A stretch of 64,000 nucleotides of DNA from Escherichia coli (GTDB taxonomy: Bacteria; Pseudomonadota; Gammaproteobacteria; Enterobacterales; Enterobacteriaceae): NCBI GenBank assembly GCA_009729775.1, contig GCA_009729775.1_4081.1. One strand, 5' to 3'. This document shows, one piece after another, positions 1 through 11,600 of the stretch. The translations under genes were made by a program, and so were the position numbers. How positions within the stretch are numbered: position 1 is the stretch's first letter; the number at the start of each line of letters is the position of its first letter. The notes below the pieces were generated by a model that saw nothing but the letters and a program-made list of their open reading frames with translations, was not told the origin of the DNA and did no database searches.

Positions 1-2625
1 ATTAACGTTGATAATATCAACGAAACTGATGTATGGGTTCAAGAAATAAATGAAGATGGTATTGTTCGTACCAAATGGACAAAAGTTCCATCAATGGAAA
101 GTATTGCATATAACACTGTTAATCGTCAATTAAAAACAATTTTTGCTGTTACTACTCGTGATAAAGACCAAATAACAATTAAGTACCCAGACTCAAGAAG
201 TGGTGTTGTTCCCCGTGGGACGTTCCGTGTATGGTATCGTGTTAGTAATGGTAAAACATATAACATTAAAACTTCTGAAATTCAAAACAAAAGCGTAAAA
301 TATACATATCGTACAAAAACACAGTCAAGTTATGAATCTAGTACATTGGATATACGTTTTTCATTACAATATGAATCCGACCGTGCACAAAGTGCTGAAA
401 CTATTGAGCAGATTAAAGCACGTGCACCACAAATGTACTATACCCAAAACCGTTTTGTCAATGGTGAAGATTATAATATAGCACCACTTAGTTTAGGAAA
501 TACAGTACTTAAATCTAAAGCTATTAATAGAATTTATAGTGGTCAATCAAGGTTCATTGATATCAATGATCCTACTGGTAAGTATCAGAATACCGACGTT
601 TTTAGTGATGATGGTGCATTATATCAAGAAAACACGCAATTTAATAGATCGTTATTGCTCCCAACTACAAAAACAAATGCTAGTATTGTTATTGACAATA
701 TTCAACCATTGATTGGGGAAAATGCAGTAATACAACGTTACCAAGCGTATCCATCCAATACAATTGGTATTGAAATACAACAAGCATGGACTCCAGTGTA
801 CAATTCAAATTACACAACCAATACATATGGCAGAATTTTGGGTTCGTCTGGAACAGTGTATGGTTCGTATCAGGTAGGTACTCTTATTAAATTTTCTAAT
901 TCTGGTACTACGATATGGGCAAGTGTTGTAAGTGTGTTAGATAATGGTTTTTATGTACTAAGCACATCTGTTCCTAGTGGAATGCAAGCAATAGAGTACA
1001 TATTACCATATAGAACTAGATTTAACACAGTTGAAGTTCAGTCTATTTCTGCTATGTTGGATAAAAAAACCGATTTTGTAATTGTACATGATAAAGAAAC
1101 AACTTCATGGGTTCCAATCGAAGCAAGTACTAATGACGATACTATTGTGTATAATGGTAATGAAGTTTTAATTATAATAAATGTAAAATATACAGCAGAA
1201 ACTTGGGAATTTGATGCTAACGGTATTGAATATATTTTTGTGGGTGGGGAAAAAGTAAGATTTTACTTTGTATCATCTAAAAAAATTACTGATATAAGTA
1301 CTGGTACAGTTCAAAGTGATAAGATTGAAATTTTATCATCTAACACTACTAGTAGTAGTAATTCAGGATTGACAAGTAATATAGATTTTCAAATTTATGA
1401 CACAATTCAACAAGAGAATGGCTATCTAGATGGTTCTCGTGTTATTGTTACATCTAGGAAAGTAGATAGTAATGGTATACCATTGGAACCAAACCAATTT
1501 AAAGAAATTGTTCCTACTTGGACTGGAACCGATGCATTAAAATATGGTGGTATTTTGGTATTTCAGGAAAATAGTGATTTCACTATATCAGTACTGTCGT
1601 TACCAAATGATACCTTCACACTTCTTGATTCATCGTGGTCTTATACAATGGAACAAGCTTTGGCAGAGCCGAATGCATATAAAAGAACTGAATTTGTTAG
1701 AAATAACGCAATTCGTTCAACCACATTGAGTGGATTATATAGTAAAGGTTCTGGATTTTTAGTTGGTTTTAACTATGATGGTAAATATTATTTTATTGAA
1801 CAAACAGTTGGCAATAACAATGATCGTTTGGGACAACTAATTAGTAATTTAACTTATTCCGATGATACTGGCACTGTTAGTCCTGAATTGGCTTTTTATC
1901 GTGCAATTAATAACATGGGAACTAATGCTGACGAGAATCAGAAGCTAGATTATTATGGATACAAAGATGTTACTTCACAGTACACTGTTAAAACTAATGC
2001 ACGTACTAGTATAGACTTCCATTGGAAACACTATGCACCTGACGACAATCGCATTGATCCTAGTAGAACAAACTTAATTGATATGTATGTATTAACCAAT
2101 TCATATAAAACTGAAGTTGACGTTTGGTTGAAAAATAATGCTGTTGGTAGTATTCCTAAACCACCAACATCGGTTGAATTAAAAGATATGTTCAAAGATG
2201 TTGAACAAAAAATAGTCATTAGTGATAGTATCATTTGGCATAGTGCTGAGTACTTACCTTTATTTGGAAACAGTGCTGCTGAAGATTACAAAGCTGATTT
2301 TAAAGTAGTGAAATTACCAAACAGCACAATGAGTGATGATGAAATTCGTCAAAATGTCATAGCATTAACTAATGAATACTTCAATGTTGATAACTGGGAT
2401 TTCGGTGAAAGTTTCTATTATACTGATTTGTGTACTTACATACACTCACAGTTAGGTAGACATATTAGTACTATTGTTATAGTTGCACAAAATCCAAATT
2501 CAAAATTTGGTTCTCTATTTGAAATCCCTTCACGTTCAGACCAAATATTCTTGAGTACTGCATCTGTTGAAAATGTTCAAATTGTTAACTCACTAGCTAA
2601 AAGTAATATTAATATCGGTTCTTAA
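1..2625 (+). CDS. virion structural protein (baseplate/tail-associated?), 5'-partial
   Basis: Frame is open from nt 1 to the ATG at 94 with no stop, so the gene probably starts upstream of the window; 843+ aa; stop at 2623-2625 followed by a terminator hairpin. No recognisable catalytic motif. Confidence 0.65.
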   Translation: MNVDNINETDVWVQEINEDGIVRTKWTKVPSMESIAYNTVNRQLKTIFAVTTRDKDQITIKYPDSRSGVVPRGTFRVWYRVSNGKTYNIKTSEIQNKSVKYTYRTKTQSSYESSTLDIRFSLQYESDRAQSAETIEQIKARAPQMYYTQNRFVNGEDYNIAPLSLGNTVLKSKAINRIYSGQSRFIDINDPTGKYQNTDVFSDDGALYQENTQFNRSLLLPTTKTNASIVIDNIQPLIGENAVIQRYQAYPSNTIGIEIQQAWTPVYNSNYTTNTYGRILGSSGTVYGSYQVGTLIKFSNSGTTIWASVVSVLDNGFYVLSTSVPSGMQAIEYILPYRTRFNTVEVQSISAMLDKKTDFVIVHDKETTSWVPIEASTNDDTIVYNGNEVLIIINVKYTAETWEFDANGIEYIFVGGEKVRFYFVSSKKITDISTGTVQSDKIEILSSNTTSSSNSGLTSNIDFQIYDTIQQENGYLDGSRVIVTSRKVDSNGIPLEPNQFKEIVPTWTGTDALKYGGILVFQENSDFTISVLSLPNDTFTLLDSSWSYTMEQALAEPNAYKRTEFVRNNAIRSTTLSGLYSKGSGFLVGFNYDGKYYFIEQTVGNNNDRLGQLISNLTYSDDTGTVSPELAFYRAINNMGTNADENQKLDYYGYKDVTSQYTVKTNARTSIDFHWKHYAPDDNRIDPSRTNLIDMYVLTNSYKTEVDVWLKNNAVGSIPKPPTSVELKDMFKDVEQKIVISDSIIWHSAEYLPLFGNSAAEDYKADFKVVKLPNSTMSDDEIRQNVIALTNEYFNVDNWDFGESFYYTDLCTYIHSQLGRHISTIVIVAQNPNSKFGSLFEIPSRSDQIFLSTASVENVQIVNSLAKSNINIGS

Positions 2626-2632
2626 TATAACG

Positions 2633-2656
2633 GGCGTTCTTCGGAACGCCTTTTTT
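2633..2656 (+). terminator. intrinsic terminator (GGCGTTC-TTCG-GAACGCC + T6)
   Basis: Perfect 7-bp GC-rich stem, tetraloop, T-run directly after the stop of the first gene. Confidence 0.6.
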
Positions 2657-2674
2657 ATATCATAAATAAATCAA

Positions 2675-5600
2675 ATGAATGAACGAATTATATGGAGTCC
2701 AAAAATGACTAATAATTTTAAGTTTCAACCTACACAGATGGCTGAAGCAGTACAGAAGAAGCTTTTTATTAAAAGATTGCCTGAGTGGATGCAAGGCTTA
2801 GAAGATATTCAAAAAGTCAGTGATGATGTTATTCAACAATGGTTTAATCCGGCTGAAAACGAATTAGTTGACGGCTATATTGGTGATATGGGTTCTCCTG
2901 CCGCTGCTGGTAATATCTTCTTACATGAAAGTACTGTAGCACGTCAACTTTATCAGTTGTCCACTGCTTACGTCTCAAAAAATGATGATTCGACAATTCG
3001 TTCAATTCAATTTTATGATGATCTAGTTGGATACATGAATCATTATGGAGCACTAACCGATAATGAAAGCCGTTTGTTCAACGGTAAGTTTTATGCATGG
3101 ACTCCAGCTATTAACCCAAATAAAATGAACAATTTTAGCTCATATCTTTGGGATACTAAAAACTCTTATAATATTACTTCACCTGATTACATTGTAATGG
3201 AACGTGGAGCACTTAATGGTAATACATGGTCACTACAAAACTTTTGGTATACTTTAGGTGAAACATTAGAAGATGGCTCAATATTAACTGAAGAATTAAT
3301 GCAAGATTCACGTTTTATTCGTGCACGTGCACCAATTATTGAATATAATAAAAATATTGAGCTAATTAACTACGGTACAAAATTCCGTGGAACTGTTGAT
3401 CTGTTCTCTGATATTATTAAACCTGAAGATATCGTTCAAAAAGATATTAATAGTGGTATACGTATTGATGGTATTATTCCGCAAGATGGAATGCGTATTC
3501 TATTCACCAGTATTGGTAACAATGGTGAAAACAATAGAATTTATAATGTATATGTGAAAAAAATGCAAGATGGTACTCGTGTTTATGGTTTAGCACTAGA
3601 TCCAGAAGAAGAAACCGAATCACGCCCAAGTGGTGAACCTCAAGATGGTGATGTTGTTCTAATCACTAAAGGTAATGAGTATGGTAATAGTTCTATGTAC
3701 TGGAATGGTTCTTTGTGGGTTCGTGCACAATCAAAAACTAGTGTTAACGTATTCCCTAAATTCCAACTTTATGATCGTAATGGTATCAAACTTGACAACA
3801 GTACTACATATCCATCAAGTAACTTTAAAGGTTCAGAGTTGTTTGGTTTTAAAATAAATTACAACTATGCAACTGATAGTGTATATGGATATAACATTGA
3901 ACTTGGTGATTATAATTATTACATTTATGAAAACTTTTTACAATCACAACGTTATACCTATGACCATCTTGGAAAAGAAGTTGAAATTGATGGTTTATAC
4001 TATTATAACATTATTGATGAAAATAATGAAATGAATCTTCAAACCGATTGGGTTCGTTCAGAAGAGTACTCTAAACAATTTGTAAAACAAACTCCACAAG
4101 TCCAACGTACTGATATGTATCGTGTATTCAGTACTGTTTATGATATGGAAGTTTTTAAAGAACCAGTTGATGGTATGTATGCATATGTTATTGAAGTTGA
4201 TAGAACATATCAGTACTATAAAGCTGACCGTGAAACTTATCTAGATTGGCATCCAATTACTGGTGATGGTGTTCAGATTGTAAAATATGACCATACATTC
4301 GAATTGGCACAAAAAGTTTTAGATAATGATTCTGATATTATTGAAGTTGTGGTTGATGGTGTTGATGTGTCCAAATATACCAAAAATGTTTCAAAAGGTC
4401 AAGTACAAAGCATCACTCTAGATAGTACTGTAGAATTGGATGAAGATTCTGTTATTCAAATTAGAACTTATAGCAGTACTGTAACACCTGATAAAGAATT
4501 AGGTGCTTATGAAGTTCCAATCAACCTACAAAATAACCCATATAATTCTAATATTATATACATTAACCAAGGTGACTACACTTTACATTTTCAGGATATT
4601 ATTCAAAAGAACATTACACGTGGTTCTTCTGATGATTTCAATGACTATGAAGAACGTTTGGCTAAAGGATTGGTTAATAATGGCGTAGGTACTAAAATTA
4701 TCCAAAATGAAGCATCTATGCTTCCATTGATGGCACATACTGCAAATGAAGATATTGATTTGTTTGAAGCAACTATGTTTATGCAATCTGAATATTTTAG
4801 ATTCATTAATAAATTTAATACACAAATGCTTCGTATGTATGATGAAAATCCATCAGACTTTTTACAAAATAGTGCTGCAAACATTGTTGATGCAATTTTA
4901 ACTACTATTAATATGGGACGTGATAGTTCATTCCCATTCTATTATGATAATGTTGGAAGTACTTCTGGATTCATTCGTGCATTTATACCACCAACACCAC
5001 AGTTCTTAGGTATTCTTCAAGCATATGTACCAGAAAAAGCGACATTCCTCACTGCTGGTAGTAAACCAAGCTGTTATAACATCAGTCATACTGGTATTAT
5101 TTCCAAAGCATACCGTGTTATCAATGGTGTTGATAAAATGGATGATGTTGTATATGAATTAGAAAATAGAATTTTTAATAGTATTGATAATAAATTCAAA
5201 GATGTTGATTACGTACCAGTATTGAATAGTGATGACCTTTTCCCTACACCATATTTCACTAAAACTGAATATAGTGCTGAAGAGAAACAAACATTATTAC
5301 TACGTGGATACATTAACTTCACCGCAACTAATGGTATCAGTAATAGTACACATGATTATGATCCTAACAATTGGAGAACTTGGAACTATACTGGCACTTA
5401 TTATGTAGTTAATGGTCAAAGTACTGAAATTCCTGCACGTGGTTCATGGCGTGCCATTTACACTGACCAATATGGTACATATCGCCCAGCTACCCATCCG
5501 TGGGAAATGTTTGGCTTTACACAACGTCCAACTTGGTGGAACCAAGAATACGAACCAACGGCTGTTCAAGTTGGTGAACGTGATAGTGATGTTGTATATG

Positions 5601-8600
5601 TATATGAAGCACTTGTTATGAATGAGCAAGGTGATTTAGTTCCTAGTGGTCTTTGGGATATTGACGGAACTATTGGAGATAGCAGTACTGGAACTATTTT
5701 ATTTGGTGATCGTCGTGGTCAATATGACAAATATAAAAGATTTGGTGTACAGCCATTCAAAATTACAAAAACTGGAAATAAAACATCTTCTGGTATTGAT
5801 ATTTGTGTGGTTGAATATATTGCACCTGAAATTTTAGGTTTAGTGTCTGGTTCTTTAAATCATAGAGCAGAACCTTGGACATATGGTGATATGGGTGACA
5901 TGGAATTTACATACATGAACACTACATTGTTTGCATATGACCAAATGATGCTTTTGTATAAAGCTAAACCAGCACAATTTGCTAACTATTTCTGGGATAC
6001 CCGCAACGATAACTTAAAAGAAGTATTCACTGATGGTTCACAATTCCTTTATGGTGATACACGTAAGCGTATTAATTTTGATAAAAATACAGTAGTTCAT
6101 GGTGAAAATAGCACAAGAACAATTGGTTATCAAATGTTTGTAAGTGACCATTTGATGTATCAAAATAAAAATATTACCACCAAGTATGGGGATGTAGTTC
6201 GTTCTTCTTATATAAATGTTGGTCATAAAATTGGAGGATTTACTAAAGCAGATCAGCTAACATTCAATGCTAAATCTTTCGGTCTTATTTCACAAGAAAA
6301 CCAAACCATTGGTCTTGTTCGTTCTAATAATATCCGTGATGAGCAAATGAGTGCGATCAAAATTACTTGGAATGGTAGTGCATATCAGATTGATGGATAT
6401 GACCTAGTTGGTGCTAAATTTAAATATAAACTTCCAGTAAAAAATGGTAGAAAAGTAACTCTTAAATTGGAAAACCGTAATGTTGTTCATTATAATGAAT
6501 GGAAGTCTGAAGCTTCAATTGAATATGGTAAAGTTTTCAATAGTTACCAAGAAGTTTATACTTTTATTTGTGGATATGGTGAATATCTTAAAGAACATGG
6601 TTGGATTTTTGAAGATGTAAATGATAGTGGTGCTCAACAAGATTGGAACACTATTGCTAAAGATTTCGTGATCTGGAGTCAGAATTCTCTAGTAACTGGT
6701 GAATTTATTTCTTGTACCCCAAGTGCTGCAAACGCTAAATTTGGGGCAGACTTTGGTTCAGTACAATCTATTACGCAAAATAATGGTGGTGTATGGTCAT
6801 TACTTGATGATAATAACCAAGGTATTCGCCAATATGAAATTGAAACTTCTCGTATTGGAAATATCTTCACTGTTAGAACTTTAGAATCTAATAAACGCAT
6901 TGCATTGATTCGTTTAAGTTTGTGTTCATATGAACATGCTGTTATTTTTGATGATAAAACTATTTTTGGTGATTACATTTATCAGCCAACATATGGTTCT
7001 ATTCAAGAACTAATTAAAATGTATGGATATATTACTGGTTCATGGACTGGTCGCCTACAAGCTCCTGGATTTATTATATTGGAAGCTGGAACACTACCAT
7101 CATTTGAAAAATTAGTGTCGGATTTCCAACATTATTATGATAGTGAAACTCCAGTAAGTGATGTACAATTACAAGAGTTGTCAAACCATTTGATTGGTTA
7201 TCAATCTCGTGATTATCTACAGCGTATGATTAGTAGTGATGTTAGTCGTGTTGATTTCTATAAAGGATTCATTCACGATAAAGGTACTAACCAAGTTTTA
7301 GAACGTGTACTTCGTGTTTCTAAATCATATGACACTGATGAATATAAAGCATTACAAGAATGGGCATTTAAAATTGGTACATATGGTAATATTGATGGTA
7401 AGAAAAACCTTCAATTTAAACTAATCAATGACCAATTTAAACAACAACCTCAAATGGTTTCTTTTGATGTAAATGCAACTTCAAATGGTAATGGTAATCA
7501 TATTGTATACTTCGGTGAGCAGGGTAAAGATCCTCGTTGGATTACACGTCCAAATGGTAAGTTCTCATTCCCAATGCGTAGTGGAAGAAGTGAAAATATC
7601 CAACTTCCAGATATTGGTCCAGTAACATTGGATGAAGTATCGTACACAACAAAAGATTTCAGTACTGCATATAATGACCGCATAACTTATACTAATGGTA
7701 AAGGTGAAAATCCTGAATCTGTGTGGATGTTTAAAGACGGTAATGGTTTGTGGAACATTTTTGAATTGGTTGATACTAATGTGCAAATGGTTTCTATAAC
7801 ACCTATTGAAAATACCGATGTGTATGCTGAACAATTTTGTAAAGTAACTTTAACTGATAATGTGCCACTTGAAGATGGTGATTATTATTATTTTGTTGAT
7901 GAAACTAACTTTATGCCAGATACTTTAACAGTAGAAAGTCAATATTATACTGCTGGTTCTGATCCTAAAGTTATGGTAGTTCCATTTGACACTTCTATTG
8001 ATATTGAATTTACTGATCCAGATACACGTCCACGTTTGTATCGTTATGTATCACGTTTTGCCAGTACTGATGAACGTCAAGCTTACATTGACAAGAAATA
8101 TAGTTTTAAAGCACCACAAAGTACTTTATTTGATCGTCCAACGACATATGATGAACGTACTAACATTACTGAGCTATATCTAAACGTTTATGACCCAATT
8201 AATGGTGTTATTCCAGGTGCGGCTATGCAAAACGTAACATATACTTCACCAGTTGATCCTGCACAGTATAATAGTAATGGAGAGTTAATCCAGGCTTGGG
8301 GTGCTGATAAAGTTGGTCAAGTATGGTGGAACACTAGCACTGCATTTTATTTGGATTATACTCGTGCAATTTATGACGCAGACGGTAATGTTGACATTGA
8401 TGCAACCAATGAATACAAACGTTACAACTGGGGTCGTTTATTACCACATAGTACAATTGATGTGTTAGAGTGGGTTTGTTCACCAGTTGAGCCATATAAC
8501 TGGGACAAATACTGTAAAGATGTTGCTAAGAAAAACAAAAATAATACTATGTATCTACCAAGTGGAACTGCACTTGAAGATAATTATAGTACATTTTTGG

Positions 8601-11600
8601 AATATGATAGTTCAACTGATAGTTATGTGACAAAATACTATTTCTGGGTACGTGATACAATTTATGTACCACCACTACATACCAGAACAAAATCATGTAC
8701 TGACATTGCTCGTATTATTAAAGATCCAACACAGCTAAACATTCCTTGGTTCGCTCCAATCAATGAAAACTCGTTTATTCTTAGTAATATGCAATTTAAA
8801 GTGAATGATGATACCAGTATTTTAACTGTTTCTTATTACATGGATAGTACTGAAGTTGTTAAACATGACCAGTATCAACTATGTAAAGAAGGTGACAGCT
8901 ATAACTTTAACCCACTAATTTGGGATTCAATGTGGAACTCACTAATTGGTCAAGAAACAACTGAATCAGGTTCTGTGATTAATTTATTATATCCAGATGT
9001 TGATAACGGTTTAGGTTCAAACAAAACTTGGTTCCAAAATGTTATAGAAGCTCGTAGAAACTTTGTAGAAAGTGCTAATAATTATTATAGGTCACAAAAC
9101 ATAACCACTAATAGTGTTGTTATGGAAGATGTGTTTAATGTTAAAACCACTGAAGTTAACCCGAATGAAGTTTCTTTCCGTGTATTGTCTTACAATAATG
9201 AATTAGTTATTGCAGTTGAAAGTGATAAATTTAAAGAAAATGACGCTGTTATTTTAAGTACTAGTGGATATCTACCAAATCCATTAACTTCTAGTGCTGT
9301 TTATTTTATTCACTTCGACGAAAATGGATATATTCAGTTAATGAATAGTCCAGCAAACGCGGGTAGTGTTGTTACTATAACGTTAGAGAACAAAGGTGAG
9401 GGACAACATAAAATGATTAAACAATCTGATTATGTTGAATCACTAGGAACTTCATTGGACATGACTCAGTACTGGTCATATGCTGATTGGTATGATGTTG
9501 GGTATGATAGTAACACGACTTATACTCAAGAGTCAAGCTTAGAAGATGCTAATACTAAAAACTACCAAGTTGGCGATATTATCAGAGTTACCGATAGTGA
9601 AAACATTTGGACATTGTATATTAAATCACAATCACGCGATTCAATTTATTGGAAAGCGATTGGTCGTGAAAACAGTACAGTTGAACTCAATGATATGCTT
9701 TACGCAGATTATAGTGTTCATAATGATAATGGTTCACTAAGCAATCGTGAAATCAACGTTCGTAAAGCACTAGCTTTACTCAAAAATTCTTTCGATTTAC
9801 ATCAAAGCGAAATTGTTTTTGATATGGTCAAATATGTACATGTTGAACAAAGTGTTGTGGATTGGGTATTTAAAACATCATATATCTATATTGTTGGTTT
9901 GGAACAATCATTAGTTCAAAACTATTCAAACGATAATTTGATTAATCAAATTGTTGAATATTTTGAAGAAGTTAAACCTTATAGAACTAAAATTCGTTCA
10001 CAAATAGAGCAAAAGACATCTGATGATGATTTAATAAAAGGTCTATGTAATGATTTAGATCCTAATGGATATATTTTCGTTGACGGTTCTTGGATCAAAA
10101 CTGAAAAAGATATTTGGGATTATGAGTACGCTCAATTTAATGAAATTACCCAAAAATGGGAACAGGTAGGTTCACTACCAAGTGATTTCGTTACACCAAA
10201 TAGAAGATTCCAAGAAATTGATATTATTATGCATTATGATAATATTCAGTGTAAACCAAATGAAGATTTGGCAAGCATAAATGAATTAGTAAGTGTTAAT
10301 AACAAATATCAATCCAATGAAAAGGATGCTGTTAGTAACTATGAATTACAACGTTATATATATTCTTTCCCAGAATATAGTGAAGAAACTTTCGATCTTC
10401 TTATTGCTTATCAAATGCAAATCTACTATCCAGAATTGGATGTAACACTAGGAACAGCATATGGCGTTAACCAGTGGTATAAAGACCATGCGGAAGATTT
10501 AGAAGCAACTGATGAATTTACTGCTACATTGGAGCGTGTTTATAAAGAATCAACGCAGAACGATATGTTTACTGACCTTAGACAATATGTTCAGTATAAC
10601 ACATTGGCAAACCGTTTGAAACTTTATAAAGATATAAGTGATGAGAAAATTCACGATGAAGTTGGTTGTGGATTTAGTGGACTTACCTATAATGACAATC
10701 CTAGTACTAGACTTCCATTAGGCTTTTCTTCTAGTAATGATTATAACTATGGATATTTTGAAATAAGCAGTGAACTGTATCAAAAATATATTTCATTAAT
10801 TAAAGATAAAAATCCTGACGCATCAGACTATGAAGTAAAAGTTAAACTTGAAGTTGAGTATGGTGTATATGTTTATCGTTATGATGAAGTAGGTGGTGAT
10901 ACCCGTTTCTATACTGATGCTATTCACGTATTAGCAGGTATGAGAGGGTTATTCGACAAAGACGCTACTGATAAGTACGAAAAAGCTGAAGAGATTCTTA
11001 GTAAGACCCCAATTGATATCTATGCAATTACAATGATTCCACGAAAATATGTTTACTTAAATGTTAACGGTGTATATCAAAGTATACCTGATGAACAAAG
11101 TATTGATGATTTCATGGAAGATTATTTTATCACAAATGGTGAAATGATTGAACTAGCTGAAATAAATCTAGATGATTTACCACTAGATCAAAATAATCCA
11201 ATGTATTCTGATTATCAATATATACTTGATAGTATTACTGAAGCTAAGTACTTCAATGATATGAATGCATTTGATAACCTAGCATTGGAATCTCAAACTT
11301 CTTCAATAAAATGGGAAGTTAAAGATGATGAAGTTGATCCTTATATTGTGGATATATCTGACATAAACCCTTCTGGGCGTGATGTTGGTCAAATTAGATT
11401 TACAGTTGATGGATATGGGTTTGACAATGTATCTCTTGTACAATTACGTGATAACAGCAGATATCAAACTGAAGGTATGGCAATTATCAATCCATATAAA
11501 CATACAGAAGCAATTGTTAGTATTCCTTCATATGCTAAGATTGAAAATGATATTAATAAAACAACATCGAAGTTTGATGAAAAATATTTCTATCGTGTGA